Shown piece by piece: positions 42,015 to 54,941 of a DNA stretch of 64,000 nucleotides. The translations under genes and the position numbers were made by a program. This DNA comes from the human T2T-CHM13v2.0 reference genome, Homo sapiens, in the NCBI RefSeq assembly GCF_009914755.1, contig NC_060928.1; one strand, given 5' to 3'. The notes under the pieces were generated by a model, which did no database searches, was not told where the DNA came from, and was given only the letters and a program-made list of their open reading frames with translations. How positions within the stretch are numbered: position 1 is the stretch's first letter; each line of letters opens with the position of its first letter.

Positions 42015-45000
42015 CATTCTCAGGAACTTCTTTGTGATGTTTGCATTCAAGTCACAGAATTGAACATTCCCTTTCATAGAGCAGGTTTGAAACACTCTTT
42101 CTCTAGTATCTGGAAGTGGGCATTTCAAGCGCTTTCAGGCCTATGGAGAGAAAGGAAATACCTTCAAATAAAAACTAGACAGAAGCATTCTCAGAAACTT
42201 ATTTGTGATGTGTGTCCTCAACTAACAGAGTTGAACCTTTGTTTTGATACAGCATTTTGGAAACACTCCTTTTGTAGAATCTGCAGGTGGATATTTGGAT
42301 AACTTTGAAGATTTCGTTGGAAACCGGAATATCTTCATATAAAATCAAGACAGAAGCATTCTCGGAAACATCTCTGTGATGTTTGCATTCAACTCAGTAG
42401 AGTTGAACACTTCCTTTCATAGAGCCGGTTTGAAACACTCTTTCTGCACTACCTGGAAGCGGACATTTCGAGCGCTTTGAGGCCTATGGTGAAAAAGGAA
42501 ATATCTTCTCATAAAAACCAGAAAGAAGCATTCTCAGAAACTTCTTTGTGTTGTGTGTACTCAAGTAACAGTGTTGAACCTTCCTTTTGACACAGCAGTT
42601 TTGAAACACTCTTTTGGTAGAATCTGCAAGTGGATATTTGGATAGCTTTGAGGATTTCGTTGGAAACGGGTTATCTTCATATAAAATCCAGACAGGAGCA
42701 TTCTCAGAAACTTCTTTGTGCTGCATGTCCTCAATTCACAGAGCTGAACCTTTGTTTGGATACAGCATTTTGGAAACATTCCTTTAGTAGAATCTGCAAG
42801 TTGATATTTAGATAGCTTTGAAGATTTCGTTGGAAACGGGAATATCTTCATAGAAAATCTAGACGGAAGCATTCTCAGAAACTGCTTTGTGATGTTTGCA
42901 TTCAAGTCACAGAGTTGAATATTCCCTTTTATAGAGTAGGTTTGAAACACTCTTTTGGCACTACCTGGAAGTGGATATTTCGAGCTCTTTGAGGCCTATG
43001 GTTAAAAGGAAATATCTTCCCATAAAAACTAGACAGAAGCCGTCTCAGAAACTTGTTTGTGATGTGTGTATTCAACTAACAGAGTTGAACATTTCTGTTA
43101 CAGAGCAATTTTAAAACACTCTTTTTGTGGAATCTGAAAGTGGATAATTGGATAGCTTTGTGGATTTCGTTGGAAACGGGATGACGTATAAAATCTAGAG
43201 AGAAGCATTCTCAGGAACTTCTTTGTGATGTTTGCATTCAAGTCACAGAATTGAACATTCCCTTTCATAGAGCAGGTTTGAAACACTCTTTCTCTAGTAT
43301 CTGGAAGTGGGCATTTCAAGCGCTTTCAGGCCTATGGAGAGAAAGGAAATACCTTCAAATAAAAACTAGACAGAAGCATTCTCAGAAACTTATTTGTGAT
43401 GTGTGTCCTCAACTAACAGAGTTGAACCTTTGTTTTGATACAGCATTTTGGAAACACTCCTTTTGTAGGATCTGCAGGTGGATATTTGGATAGATTTTAA
43501 GATTTCGTTGGAAACGGGAGTTTCTTCATAGAAACTCAAGACAGATGCATTCTCAGAAACATCTCTGTGATGTTTGCATTCCACTCATAGATTTGAAAAC
43601 TTCCTTTCATAGAGCAGGTTTGAAACACTCTTTTTGTAATATTTGGAAGTGGACATTTGCAGCGCTTTGAGGCCTATGGTGAAAAAGGAAATATCTTCTG
43701 ATAAAAACCAGAAACAAGCATTCTCAGAAACTTCTTTTTGATGTGTGTACTCAAGTAACAGAGTTGAACCTTCCTTTTGACACAGCAGTTTTGAAACAAT
43801 CTTTTTGTAGAATCTGCAAGTGGATATTTGGATAGCTTTGAGGATTTCGTTGGAAACGGGATATCTTCATATAAAATCTAGACAGAAGCTTTCTCAGAAA
43901 CTTCTTTGTGCTGTATGTCCTCAATTAACAGATTTGAACCATTGCTTGGATACAGCATTTTGGAAACATTCCTTGAGTAGAATCTGCAAGTTGATATTTA
44001 GATAGATTTGAAGATTTCGTTGGAAAAGGAAATATCTCCATAGAAAATCTAGAGGGAAGCATTCTCAGAAACTGCTTTGTGATGTTTCCATTCAAGTCAC
44101 AGAGTTGAATATTCCCTTTTATAGAGCACGTTTGAAACACTCTTTCTGCACTATCTGGAAGTGGACATTTCGAGCGCTTTGAGGCCTATGGTGAAAAAGG
44201 AAATATCTTCCCATAAAAACTAGACAGAAGCATTCTCAGAAACTTGTTTGTGATGTGTGTATTCAACTAACAGAGTTGAACTTTTGTTTTTACAGAGCCG
44301 TTTTAAAACACTCTTTTTGTGGAATCAGAAAGTGGATATTCGGATGGCTCTGAGGATTTCGTTGGAAGCGGGATTACATATAAAATCTAGAGAGAAGCAT
44401 TCTCAGGAACTTCTTTGTGATGTTTGCATTCAAGTCACAGAATTGAACATTCACTTTGATAGAGCAGGTTTGAAACACTCATTCTGTAGTATCTGGAAGT
44501 GGACATTTCAAGCGCTTTCAGGCCTATGGTGAGAAAGGAAATATCTTCGAATAAAAACTAGACAGAAGCATCCTCAGAAACTTATTTGTGATGTGTGTCC
44601 TCAACTAACAGAGTTGAAACTTTGTTTTGATACAGCATTTTGGAAACACTCCTTTTGTAGAATCTGCAGGTGGATATTTGGATAGCTTTGAAGATTTCGT
44701 TGGAAACCGGAATATCTTCATATAAAATCAAGACAGAAGCATTCTCGGAAACATCTCTGTGATGTTTGCATTCAACTCAGTAGAGTTGAACACTTCCTTT
44801 CATAGAGCAGGTTTGAAACACTCTTTCTGCACTACCTGGAAGCGGACATTTCGAGCGCTTTGAGGCCTATGGTGAAAAAGGAAATATCTTCTCATAAAAA
44901 CCAGAAAGAAGCATTCTCAGAAACTTCTTTGTGTTGTGTGTACTCAAGTAACAGTGTTGAACCTTCCTTTTGACACAGCAGTTTTGAAACACTCTTTTGG

Positions 45001-47629
45001 TAGAATCTGCAAGTGGATATTTGGATAGCTTTGAGGATTTCGTTGGAAACGGGTTATCTTCATATAAAATCCAGACAGGAGCATTCTCAGAAACTTCTTT
45101 GTGCTGCATGTCCTCAATTCACAGAGCTGAACCTTTGTTTGGATACAGCATTTTGGAAACATTCCTTTAGTAGAATCTGCAAGTTGATATTTAGATAGCT
45201 TTGAAGATTTCGTTGGAAACGGGAATATCTTCATAGAAAATCTAGACGGAAGCATTCTCAGAAACTGCTTTGTGATGTTTGCATTCAAGTCACAGAGTTG
45301 AATATTCCCTTTTATAGAGTAGGTTTGAAACACTCTTTTGGCACTACCTGGAAGTGGATATTTCGAGCTCTTTGAGGCCTATGGTTAAAAGGAAATATCT
45401 TCCCATAAAAACTAGACAGAAGCCGTCTCAGAAACTTGTTTGTGATGTGTGTATTCAACTAACAGAGTTGAACATTTCTGTTACAGAGCAATTTTAAAAC
45501 ACTCTTTTTGTGGAATCTGAAAGTGGATAATTGGATAGCTTTGTGGATTTCGTTGGAAACGGGATGACGTATAAAATCTAGAGAGAAGCATTCTCAGGAA
45601 CTTCTTTGTGATGTTTGCATTCAAGTCACAGAATTGAACATTCCCTTTCATAGAGCAGGTTTGAAACACTCTTTCTCTAGTATCTGGAAGTGGGCATTTC
45701 AAGCGCTTTCAGGCCTATGGAGAGAAAGGAAATACCTTCAAATAAAAACTAGACAGAAGCATTCTCAGAAACTTATTTGTGATGTGTGTCCTCAACTAAC
45801 AGAGTTGAACCTTTGTTTTGATACAGCATTTTGGAAACACTCCTTTTGTAGGATCTGCAGGTGGATATTTGGATAGATTTTAAGATTTCGTTGGAAACGG
45901 GAGTTTCTTCATAGAAACTCAAGACAGATGCATTCTCAGAAACATCTCTGTGATGTTTGCATTCCACTCATAGATTTGAAAACTTCCTTTCATAGAGCAG
46001 GTTTGAAACACTCTTTTTGTAATATTTGGAAGTGGACATTTGCAGCGCTTTGAGGCCTATGGTGAAAAAGGAAATATCTTCTCATAAAAACCAGAAACAA
46101 GCATTCTCAGAAACTTCTTTTTGATGTGTGTACTCAAGTAACAGAGTTGAACCTTCCTTTTGACACAGCAGTTTTGAAACAATCTTTTTGTAGAATCTGC
46201 AAGTGGATATTTGGATAGCTTTGAGGATTTCGTTGGAAACGGGATATCTTCATATAAAATCTAGACAGAAGCATTCTCAAAAACTTCTTTGTGCTGTATG
46301 TCCTCAATTAACAGAGTTGAACCATTGCTTGGATACAGCATTTTGGAAACATTCCTTGAGTAGAATCTGCAAGTTGATATTTAGATAGATTTGAAGATTT
46401 CGTTGGAAAAGGGAATATCTCCATATAAAATCTAGAGGGAAGCATTCTCAGAAACTGCTTTGTGATGTTTCCATTCAAGTCACAGAGTTGAATATTCCCT
46501 TTTATAGAGCACGTTTGAAACACTCTTTCTGCACTATCTGGAAGTGGACATTTCGAGCGCTTTGAGGCCTATGGTGAAAAAGGAAATATCTTCCCATAAA
46601 AACCAGACAGAAGCATTCTCAGAAACTTGTTTGTGATGTGTGTATTCAACTAACAGAGTTGAACTTTTGTTTTTACAGAGCCGTTTTAAAACACTCTTTT
46701 TGTGGAATCAGAAAGTGGATATTCGGATGGCTCTGAGGATTTCGTTGGAAGCGGGATTACATATAAAATCTAGAGAGAAGCATTCTCAGGAACTTCTTTG
46801 TGATGTTTGCATTGAAGTCACAGAATTGAACATTCACTTTGATAGAGCAGGTTTGAAACACTCATTCTGTAGTATCTGGAAGTGGACATTTCAAGCGCTT
46901 TCAGGCCTATGGTGAGAAAGGAAATATCTTCGAATAAAAACTAGACAGAAGCATCCTCAGAAACTTATTTGTGATGTGTGTCCTCAACTAACAGAGTTGA
47001 AACTTTGTTTTGATACAGCATTTTGGAAACACTCTTTTTGTAGAATCTGCAGGTGGATATTTGGATAGCTTAGAGGGATTCGTTGGAAAGGGGATATCTT
47101 CATATAAAATCTAGACAGAAGCATTCTCAGAAACTTATTTGTGATGTGTGTCCTCAACTAACAGAGTTGAACCTTGGTTTTGATACAGCATTTTGGAAAC
47201 GCTCCTTTTGTAGAATCTACAGGTGGATATGTGGATAGCTCTGAAGATTTCGTTGGAAACGGGAATTTCTTCATATAAAATCAAACAGAAGCATTCTCAG
47301 AAACTTCTCAGTGATGTTTGCATTCAGCTCATGGAGTTGAACACTTCCTTTCATAGAACCGGTTTGAAACACTCTTTCTGCACTACCTGTAAGAGGACAT
47401 TTCGAGCGCTTTGAGTCCTATGGTGAAAAAGGAAATATCTTCTCATAAAAACCAGAAAGAAGCATTCTCAGAAACTTCTTTGTGTTGTGTGTACTCATGT
47501 AACAGTGTTGAACCATCCTTTTGACAGAGCAGTTTTGAAACACTCTTTTTGTAGAATCTGCAAGTGGATATTTGGATAGCTTTGAGGATTTCGTTGGAAA
47601 CGGGATGACATATAATATCTAGAGAGAAG
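42015..47629 (+). repeat. 5,615-bp (33-monomer) segment containing a 14-mer HOR variant with a hybrid M16/M2 monomer
   Basis: The period drops to 2,383 bp (ORF 42484 to 44867 = 3232-849). The monomer starting at 44569 begins as M16 (CATCCTC, GAAACTTTG, A at 44619) and ends as M2 (CACTCCTTTT, C at 44652; TTCGTTGGAAACCGGAA). Confidence 0.95.
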
Positions 47630-50600
47630 CATTCTCAGGAACTTCTTTGTGATGTTTGCATTCAAGTCACAGAATTGAACATTCCCTTTCATAGAGCAGG
47701 TTTGAAACACTCTTTCTCTAGTATCTGGAAGTGGGCATTTCAAGCGCTTTCAGGCCTATGGAGAGAAAGGAAATACCTTCAAATAAAAACTAGACAGAAG
47801 CATTCTCAGAAACTTATTTGTGATGTGTGTCCTCAACTAACAGAGTTGAACCTTTGTTTTGATACAGCATTTTGGAAACACTCCTTTTGTAGAATCTGCA
47901 GGTGGATATTTGGATAACTTTGAAGATTTCGTTGGAAACCGGAATATCTTCATATAAAATCAAGACAGAAGCATTCTCGGAAACATCTCTGTGATGTTTG
48001 CATTCAACTCAGTAGAGTTGAACACTTCCTTTCATAGAGCCGGTTTGAAACACTCTTTCTGCACTACCTGGAAGCGGACATTTCGAGCGCTTTGAGGCCT
48101 ATGGTGAAAAAGGAAATATCTTCTCATAAAAACCAGAAAGAAGCATTCTCAGAAACTTCTTTGTGTTGTGTGTACTCAAGTAACAGTGTTGAACCTTCCT
48201 TTTGACACAGCAGTTTTGAAACACTCTTTTGGTAGAATCTGCAAGTGGATATTTGGATAGCTTTGAGGATTTCGTTGGAAACGGGTTATCTTCATATAAA
48301 ATCCAGACAGGAGCATTCTCAGAAACTTCTTTGTGCTGCATGTCCTCAATTCACAGAGCTGAACCTTTGTTTGGATACAGCATTTTGGAAACATTCCTTT
48401 AGTAGAATCTGCAAGTTGATATTTAGATAGCTTTGAAGATTTCGTTGGAAACGGGAATATCTTCATAGAAAATCTAGACGGAAGCATTCTCAGAAACTGC
48501 TTTGTGATGTTTGCATTCAAGTCACAGAGTTGAATATTCCCTTTTATAGAGTAGGTTTGAAACACTCTTTTGGCACTACCTGGAAGTGGATATTTCGAGC
48601 TCTTTGAGGCCTATGGTTAAAAGGAAATATCTTCCCATAAAAACTAGACAGAAGCCGTCTCAGAAACTTGTTTGTGATGTGTGTATTCAACTAACAGAGT
48701 TGAACATTTCTGTTACAGAGCAATTTTAAAACACTCTTTTTGTGGAATCTGAAAGTGGATAATTGGATAGCTTTGTGGATTTCGTTGGAAACGGGATGAC
48801 GTATAAAATCTAGAGAGAAGCATTCTCAGGAACTTCTTTGTGATGTTTGCATTCAAGTCACAGAATTGAACATTCCCTTTCATAGAGCAGGTTTGAAACA
48901 CTCTTTCTCTAGTATCTGGAAGTGGGCATTTCAAGCGCTTTCAGGCCTATGGAGAGAAAGGAAATACCTTCAAATAAAAACTAGACAGAAGCATTCTCAG
49001 AAACTTATTTGTGATGTGTGTCCTCAACTAACAGAGTTGAACCTTTGTTTTGATACAGCATTTTGGAAACACTCCTTTTGTAGGATCTGCAGGTGGATAT
49101 TTGGATAGATTTTAAGATTTCGTTGGAAACGGGAGTTTCTTCATAGAAACTCAAGACAGATGCATTCTCAGAAACATCTCTGTGATGTTTGCATTCCACT
49201 CATAGATTTGAAAACTTCCTTTCATAGAGCAGGTTTGAAACACTCTTTTTGTAATATTTGGAAGTGGACATTTGCAGCGCTTTGAGGCCTATGGTGAAAA
49301 AGGAAATATCTTCTGATAAAAACCAGAAACAAGCATTCTCAGAAACTTCTTTTTGATGTGTGTACTCAAGTAACAGAGTTGAACCTTCCTTTTGACACAG
49401 CAGTTTTGAAACAATCTTTTTGTAGAATCTGCAAGTGGATATTTGGATAGCTTTGAGGATTTCGTTGGAAACGGGATATCTTCATATAAAATCTAGACAG
49501 AAGCTTTCTCAGAAACTTCTTTGTGCTGTATGTCCTCAATTAACAGAGTTGAACCATTGCTTGGATACAGCATTTTGGAAACATTCCTTGAGTAGAATCT
49601 GCAAGTTGATATTTAGATAGATTTGAAGATTTCGTTGGAAAAGGGAATATCTCCATAGAAAATCTAGAGGGAAGCATTCTCAGAAACTGCTTTGTGATGT
49701 TTCCATTCAAGTCACAGAGTTGAATATTCCCTTTTATAGAGCACGTTTGAAACACTCTTTCTGCACTATCTGGAAGTGGACATTTCGAGCGCTTTGAGGC
49801 CTATGGTGAAAAAGGAAATATCTTCCCATAAAAACTAGACAGAAGCATTCTCAGAAACTTGTTTGTGATGTGTGTATTCAACTAACAGAGTTGAACTTTT
49901 GTTTTTACAGAGCCGTTTTAAAACACTCTTTTTGTGGAATCAGAAAGTGGATATTCGGATGGCTCTGAGGATTTCGTTGGAAGCGGGATTACATATAAAA
50001 TCTAGAGAGAAGCATTCTCAGGAACTTCTTTGTGATGTTTGCATTGAAGTCACAGAATTGAACATTCACTTTGATAGAGCAGGTTTGAAACACTCATTCT
50101 GTAGTATCTGGAAGTGGACATTTCAAGCGCTTTCAGGCCTATGGTGAGAAAGGAAATATCTTCGAATAAAAACTAGACAGAAGCATCCTCAGAAACTTAT
50201 TTGTGATGTGTGTCCTCAACTAACAGAGTTGAAACTTTGTTTTGATACAGCATTTTGGAAACACTCTTTTTGTAGAATCTGCAGGTGGATATTTGGATAG
50301 CTTAGAGGGATTCGTTGGAAAGGGGATATCTTCATATAAAATCTAGACAGAAGCATTCTCAGAAACTTATTTGTGATGTGTGTCCTCAACTAACAGAGTT
50401 GAACCTTGGTTTTGATACAGCATTTTGGAAACACTCCTTTTGTAGAATCTGCAGGTGGATATGTGGATAGCTCTGAAGATTTCGTTGGAAACGGGAATTT
50501 CTTCATATAAAATCAAACAGAAGCATTCTCAGAAACTTCTCAGTGATGTTTGCATTCAGCTCATGGAGTTGAACACTTCCTTTCATAGAGCCGGTTTGAA

Positions 50601-50861
50601 ACACTCTTTCTGCACTACCTGGAAGAGGACATTTCGAGCGCTTTGAGTCCTATGGTGAAAAAGGAAATATCTTCTCATAAAAACCAGAAAGAAGCATTCT
50701 CAGAAACTTCTTTGTGTTGTGTGTACTCATGTAACAGTGTTGAACCATCCTTTTGACAGAGCAGTTTTGAAACACTCTTTTTGTAGAATCTGCAAGTGGA
50801 TATTTGGATAGCTTTGAGGATTTCGTTGGAAACGGGATGACATATAATATCTAGAGAGAAG
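47630..50861 (+). repeat. Canonical 19-mer HOR (U16)
   Basis: ORF 47675 to 50907 = 3,232 bp with the full monomer order. Confidence 0.95.
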
Positions 50862-52902
50862 CATACTCAGGAACTTCTTTGTGATGTTTGCATTCAAGTC
50901 ACAGAATTGAACATTCCCTTTCATAGAGCAGGTTTGAAACACTCTTTCTCTAGTATCTGGAAGTGGGCATTTCAAGCGCTTTCAGGCCTATGGAGAGAAA
51001 GGAAATACCTTCAAATAAAAACTAGACAGAAGCATTCTCAGAAACTTATTTGTGATGTGTGTCCTCAACTAACAGAGTTGAACCTTTGTTTTGATACAGC
51101 ATTTTGGAAACACTCCTTTTGTAGGATCTGCAGGTGGATATTTGGATAGATTTTAAGATTTCGTTGGAAACGGGAGTTTCTTCATAGAAACTCAAGACAG
51201 ATGCATTCTCAGAAACATCTCTGTGATGTTTGCATTCCACTCATAGATTTGAAAACTTCCTTTCATAGAGCAGGTTTGAAACACTCTTTTTGTAATATTT
51301 GGAAGTGGACATTTGCAGCGCTTTGAGGCCTATGGTGAAAAAGGAAATATCTTCTCATAAAAACCAGAAACAAGCATTCTCAGAAACTTCTTTTTGATGT
51401 GTGTACTCAAGTAACAGAGTTGAACCTTCCTTTTGACACAGCAGTTTTGAAACAATCTTTTTGTAGAATCTGCAAGTGGATATTTGGATAGCTTTGAGGA
51501 TTTCGTTGGAAACGGGATATCTTCATATAAAATCTAGACAGAAGCTTTCTCAGAAACTTCTTTGTGCTGTATGTCCTCAATTAACAGATTTGAACCATTG
51601 CTTGGATACAGCATTTTGGAAACATTCCTTGAGTAGAATCTGCAAGTTGATATTTAGATAGATTTGAAGATTTCGTTGGAAAAGGGAATATCTCCATAGA
51701 AAATCTAGAGGGAAGCATTCTCAGAAACTGCTTTGTGATGTTTCCATTCAAGTCACAGAGTTGAATATTCCCTTTTATAGAGCACGTTTGAAACACTCTT
51801 TCTGCACTATCTGGAAGTGGACATTTCGAGCGCTTTGAGGCCTATGGTGAAAAAGGAAATATCTTCCCATAAAAACTAGACAGAAGCATTCTCAGAAACT
51901 TGTTTGTGATGTGTGTATTCAACTAACAGAGTTGAACTTTTGTTTTTACAGAGCCGTTTTAAAACACTCTTTTTGTGGAATCAGAAAGTGGATATTCGGA
52001 TGGCTCTGAGGATTTCGTTGGAAGCGGGATTACATATAAAATCTAGAGAGAAGCATTCTCAGGAACTTCTTTGTGATGTTTGCATTGAAGTCACAGAATT
52101 GAACATTCACTTTGATAGAGCAGGTTTGAAACACTCATTCTGTAGTATCTGGAAGTGGACATTTCAAGCGCTTTCAGGCCTATGGTGAGAAAGGAAATAT
52201 CTTCGAATAAAAACTAGACAGAAGCATCCTCAGAAACTTATTTGTGATGTGTGTCCTCAACTAACAGAGTTGAAACTTTGTTTTGATACAGCATTTTGGA
52301 AACACTCTTTTTGTAGAATCTGCAGGTGGATATTTGGATAGCTTAGAGGGATTCGTTGGAAAGGGGATATCTTCATATAAAATCTAGACAGAAGCATTCT
52401 CAGAAACTTATTTGTGATGTGTGTCCTCAACTAACAGAGTTGAACCTTGGTTTTGATACAGCATTTTGGAAACACTCCTTTTGTAGAATCTGCAGGTGGA
52501 TATGTGGATAGCTCTGAAGATTTCGTTGGAAACGGGAATTTCTTCATATAAAATCAAACAGAAGCATTCTCAGAAACTTCTCAGTGATGTTTGCATTCAG
52601 CTCATGGAGTTGAACACTTCCTTTCATAGAGCCGGTTTGAAACACTCTTTCTGCACTACCTGGAAGAGGACATTTCGAGCGCTTTGAGTCCTATGGTGAA
52701 AAAGGAAATATCTTCTCATAAAAACCAGAAAGAAGCATTCTCAGAAACTTCTTTGTGTTGTGTGTACTCATGTAACAGTGTTGAACCATCCTTTTGACAG
52801 AGCAGTTTTGAAACACTCTTTTTGTAGAATCTGCAAGTGGATATTTGGATAGCTTTGAGGATTTCGTTGGAAACGGGATGACATATAATATCTAGAGAGA
52901 AG
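50862..52902 (+). repeat. 12-mer HOR variant (2,041 bp), lacking one 1,191-bp 7-mer
   Basis: M1 start (CATACTCAGG at 50862) runs directly into M9-type sequence (GTAGGATCTG at 51121, CGGGAGTTTC). ORF 50907 to 52948 = 2,041 bp. Confidence 0.95.
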
Positions 52903-54941
52903 CATACTCAGGAACTTCTTTGTGATGTTTGCATTCAAGTCACAGAATTGAACATTCCCTTTCATAGAGCAGGTTTGAAACACTCTTTCTCTAGTATCTG
53001 GAAGTGGGCATTTCAAGCGCTTTCAGGCCTATGGAGAGAAAGGAAATACCTTCAAATAAAAACTAGACAGAAGCATTCTCAGAAACTTATTTGTGATGTG
53101 TGTCCTCAACTAACAGAGTTGAACCTTTGTTTTGATACAGCATTTTGGAAACACTCCTTTTGTAGGATCTGCAGGTGGATATTTGGATAGATTTTAAGAT
53201 TTCGTTGGAAACGGGAGTTTCTTCATAGAAACTCAAGACAGATGCATTCTCAGAAACATCTCTGTGATGTTTGCTTTCCACTCATAGATTTGAAAACTTC
53301 CTTTCATAGAGCAGGTTTGAAACACTCTTTTTGTAATATTTGGAAGTGGACATTTGCAGCGCTTTGAGGCCTATGGTGAAAAAGGAAATATCTTCTCATA
53401 AAAACCAGAAACAAGCATTCTCAGAAACTTCTTTTTGATGTGTGTACTCAAGTAACAGAGTTGAACCTTCCTTTTGACACAGCAGTTTTGAAACAATCTT
53501 TTTGTAGAATCTGCAAGTGGATATTTGGATAGCTTTGAGGATTTCGTTGGAAACGGGATATCTTCATATAAAATCTAGACAGAAGCATTCTCAGAAACTT
53601 CTTTGTGCTGTATGTCCTCAATTAACAGAGTTGAACCATTGCTTGGATACAGCATTTTGGAAACATTCCTTGAGTAGAATCTGCAAGTTGATATTTAGAT
53701 AGATTTGAAGATTTCGTTGGAAAAGGGAATATCTCCATATAAAATCTAGAGGGAAGCATTCTCAGAAACTGCTTTGTGATGTTTCCATTCAAGTCACAGA
53801 GTTGAATATTCCCTTTTATAGAGCACGTTTGAAACACTCTTTCTGCACTATCTGGAAGTGGACATTTCGAGCGCTTTGAGGCCTATGGTGAAAAAGGAAA
53901 TATCTTCCCATAAAAACCAGACAGAAGCATTCTCAGAAACTTGTTTGTGATGTGTGTATTCAACTAACAGAGTTGAACTTTTGTTTTTACAGAGCCGTTT
54001 TAAAACACTCTTTTTGTGGAATCAGAAAGTGGATATTCGGATGGCTCTGAGGATTTCGTTGGAAGCGGGATTACATATAAAATCTAGAGAGAAGCATTCT
54101 CAGGAACTTCTTTGTGATGTTTGCATTGAAGTCACAGAATTGAACATTCACTTTGATAGAGCAGGTTTGAAACACTCATTCTGTAGTATCTGGAAGTGGA
54201 CATTTCAAGCGCTTTCAGGCCTATGGTGAGAAAGGAAATATCTTCGAATAAAAACTAGACAGAAGCATCCTCAGAAACTTATTTGTGATGTGTGTCCTCA
54301 ACTAACAGAGTTGAAACTTTGTTTTGATACAGCATTTTGGAAACTCTTTTTGTAGAATCTGCAGGTGGATATTTGGATAGCTTAGAGGTATTAGTTGGAA
54401 AGGGGATATCTTCATATAAAATCTAGACAGAAGCATTCTCAGAAACTTATTTGTGATGTGTGTCCTCAACTAACAGAGTTGAACCTTGGTTTTGATACAG
54501 CATTTTGGAAACACTCCCTTTGTAGAATCTGCAGGTGGATATGTGGATAGCTCTGAAGATTTCGTTGGAAACGGGAATTTCTTCATATAAAATCAAACAG
54601 AAGCATTCTCAGAAACTTCTCAGTGATGTTTGCATTCAGCTCATGGAGTTGAACACTTCCTTTCATAGAGCCGGTTTGAAACACTCTTTCTGCACTACCT
54701 GGAAGAGGACATTTCGAGCGCTTTGAGTCCTATGGTGAAAAAGGAAATATCTTCTCATAAAAACCAGAAAGAAGCATTCTCAGAAACTACTTTGTGTTGT
54801 GTATACTCATGTAACAGTGTTGAACCATCCTTTTGACAGAGCAGTTTTGAAATACTCTTTTTGTAGAATCTGCAAGTGGATATTTGGATAGCTTTGAGGA
54901 TTTCGTTGGAAACGGGATGACATATAATCTCTAGAGAGAAG
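52903..54941 (+). repeat. Second 12-mer HOR variant (2,039 bp) with a 2-bp deletion
   Basis: Same M1-to-M9 jump (TGTAGGATCT at 53161). GGAAACTCTTTTT near 54343 lacks AC relative to GGAAACACTCTTTTT. ORF 52948 to 54987 = 2,039 bp. Confidence 0.95.
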
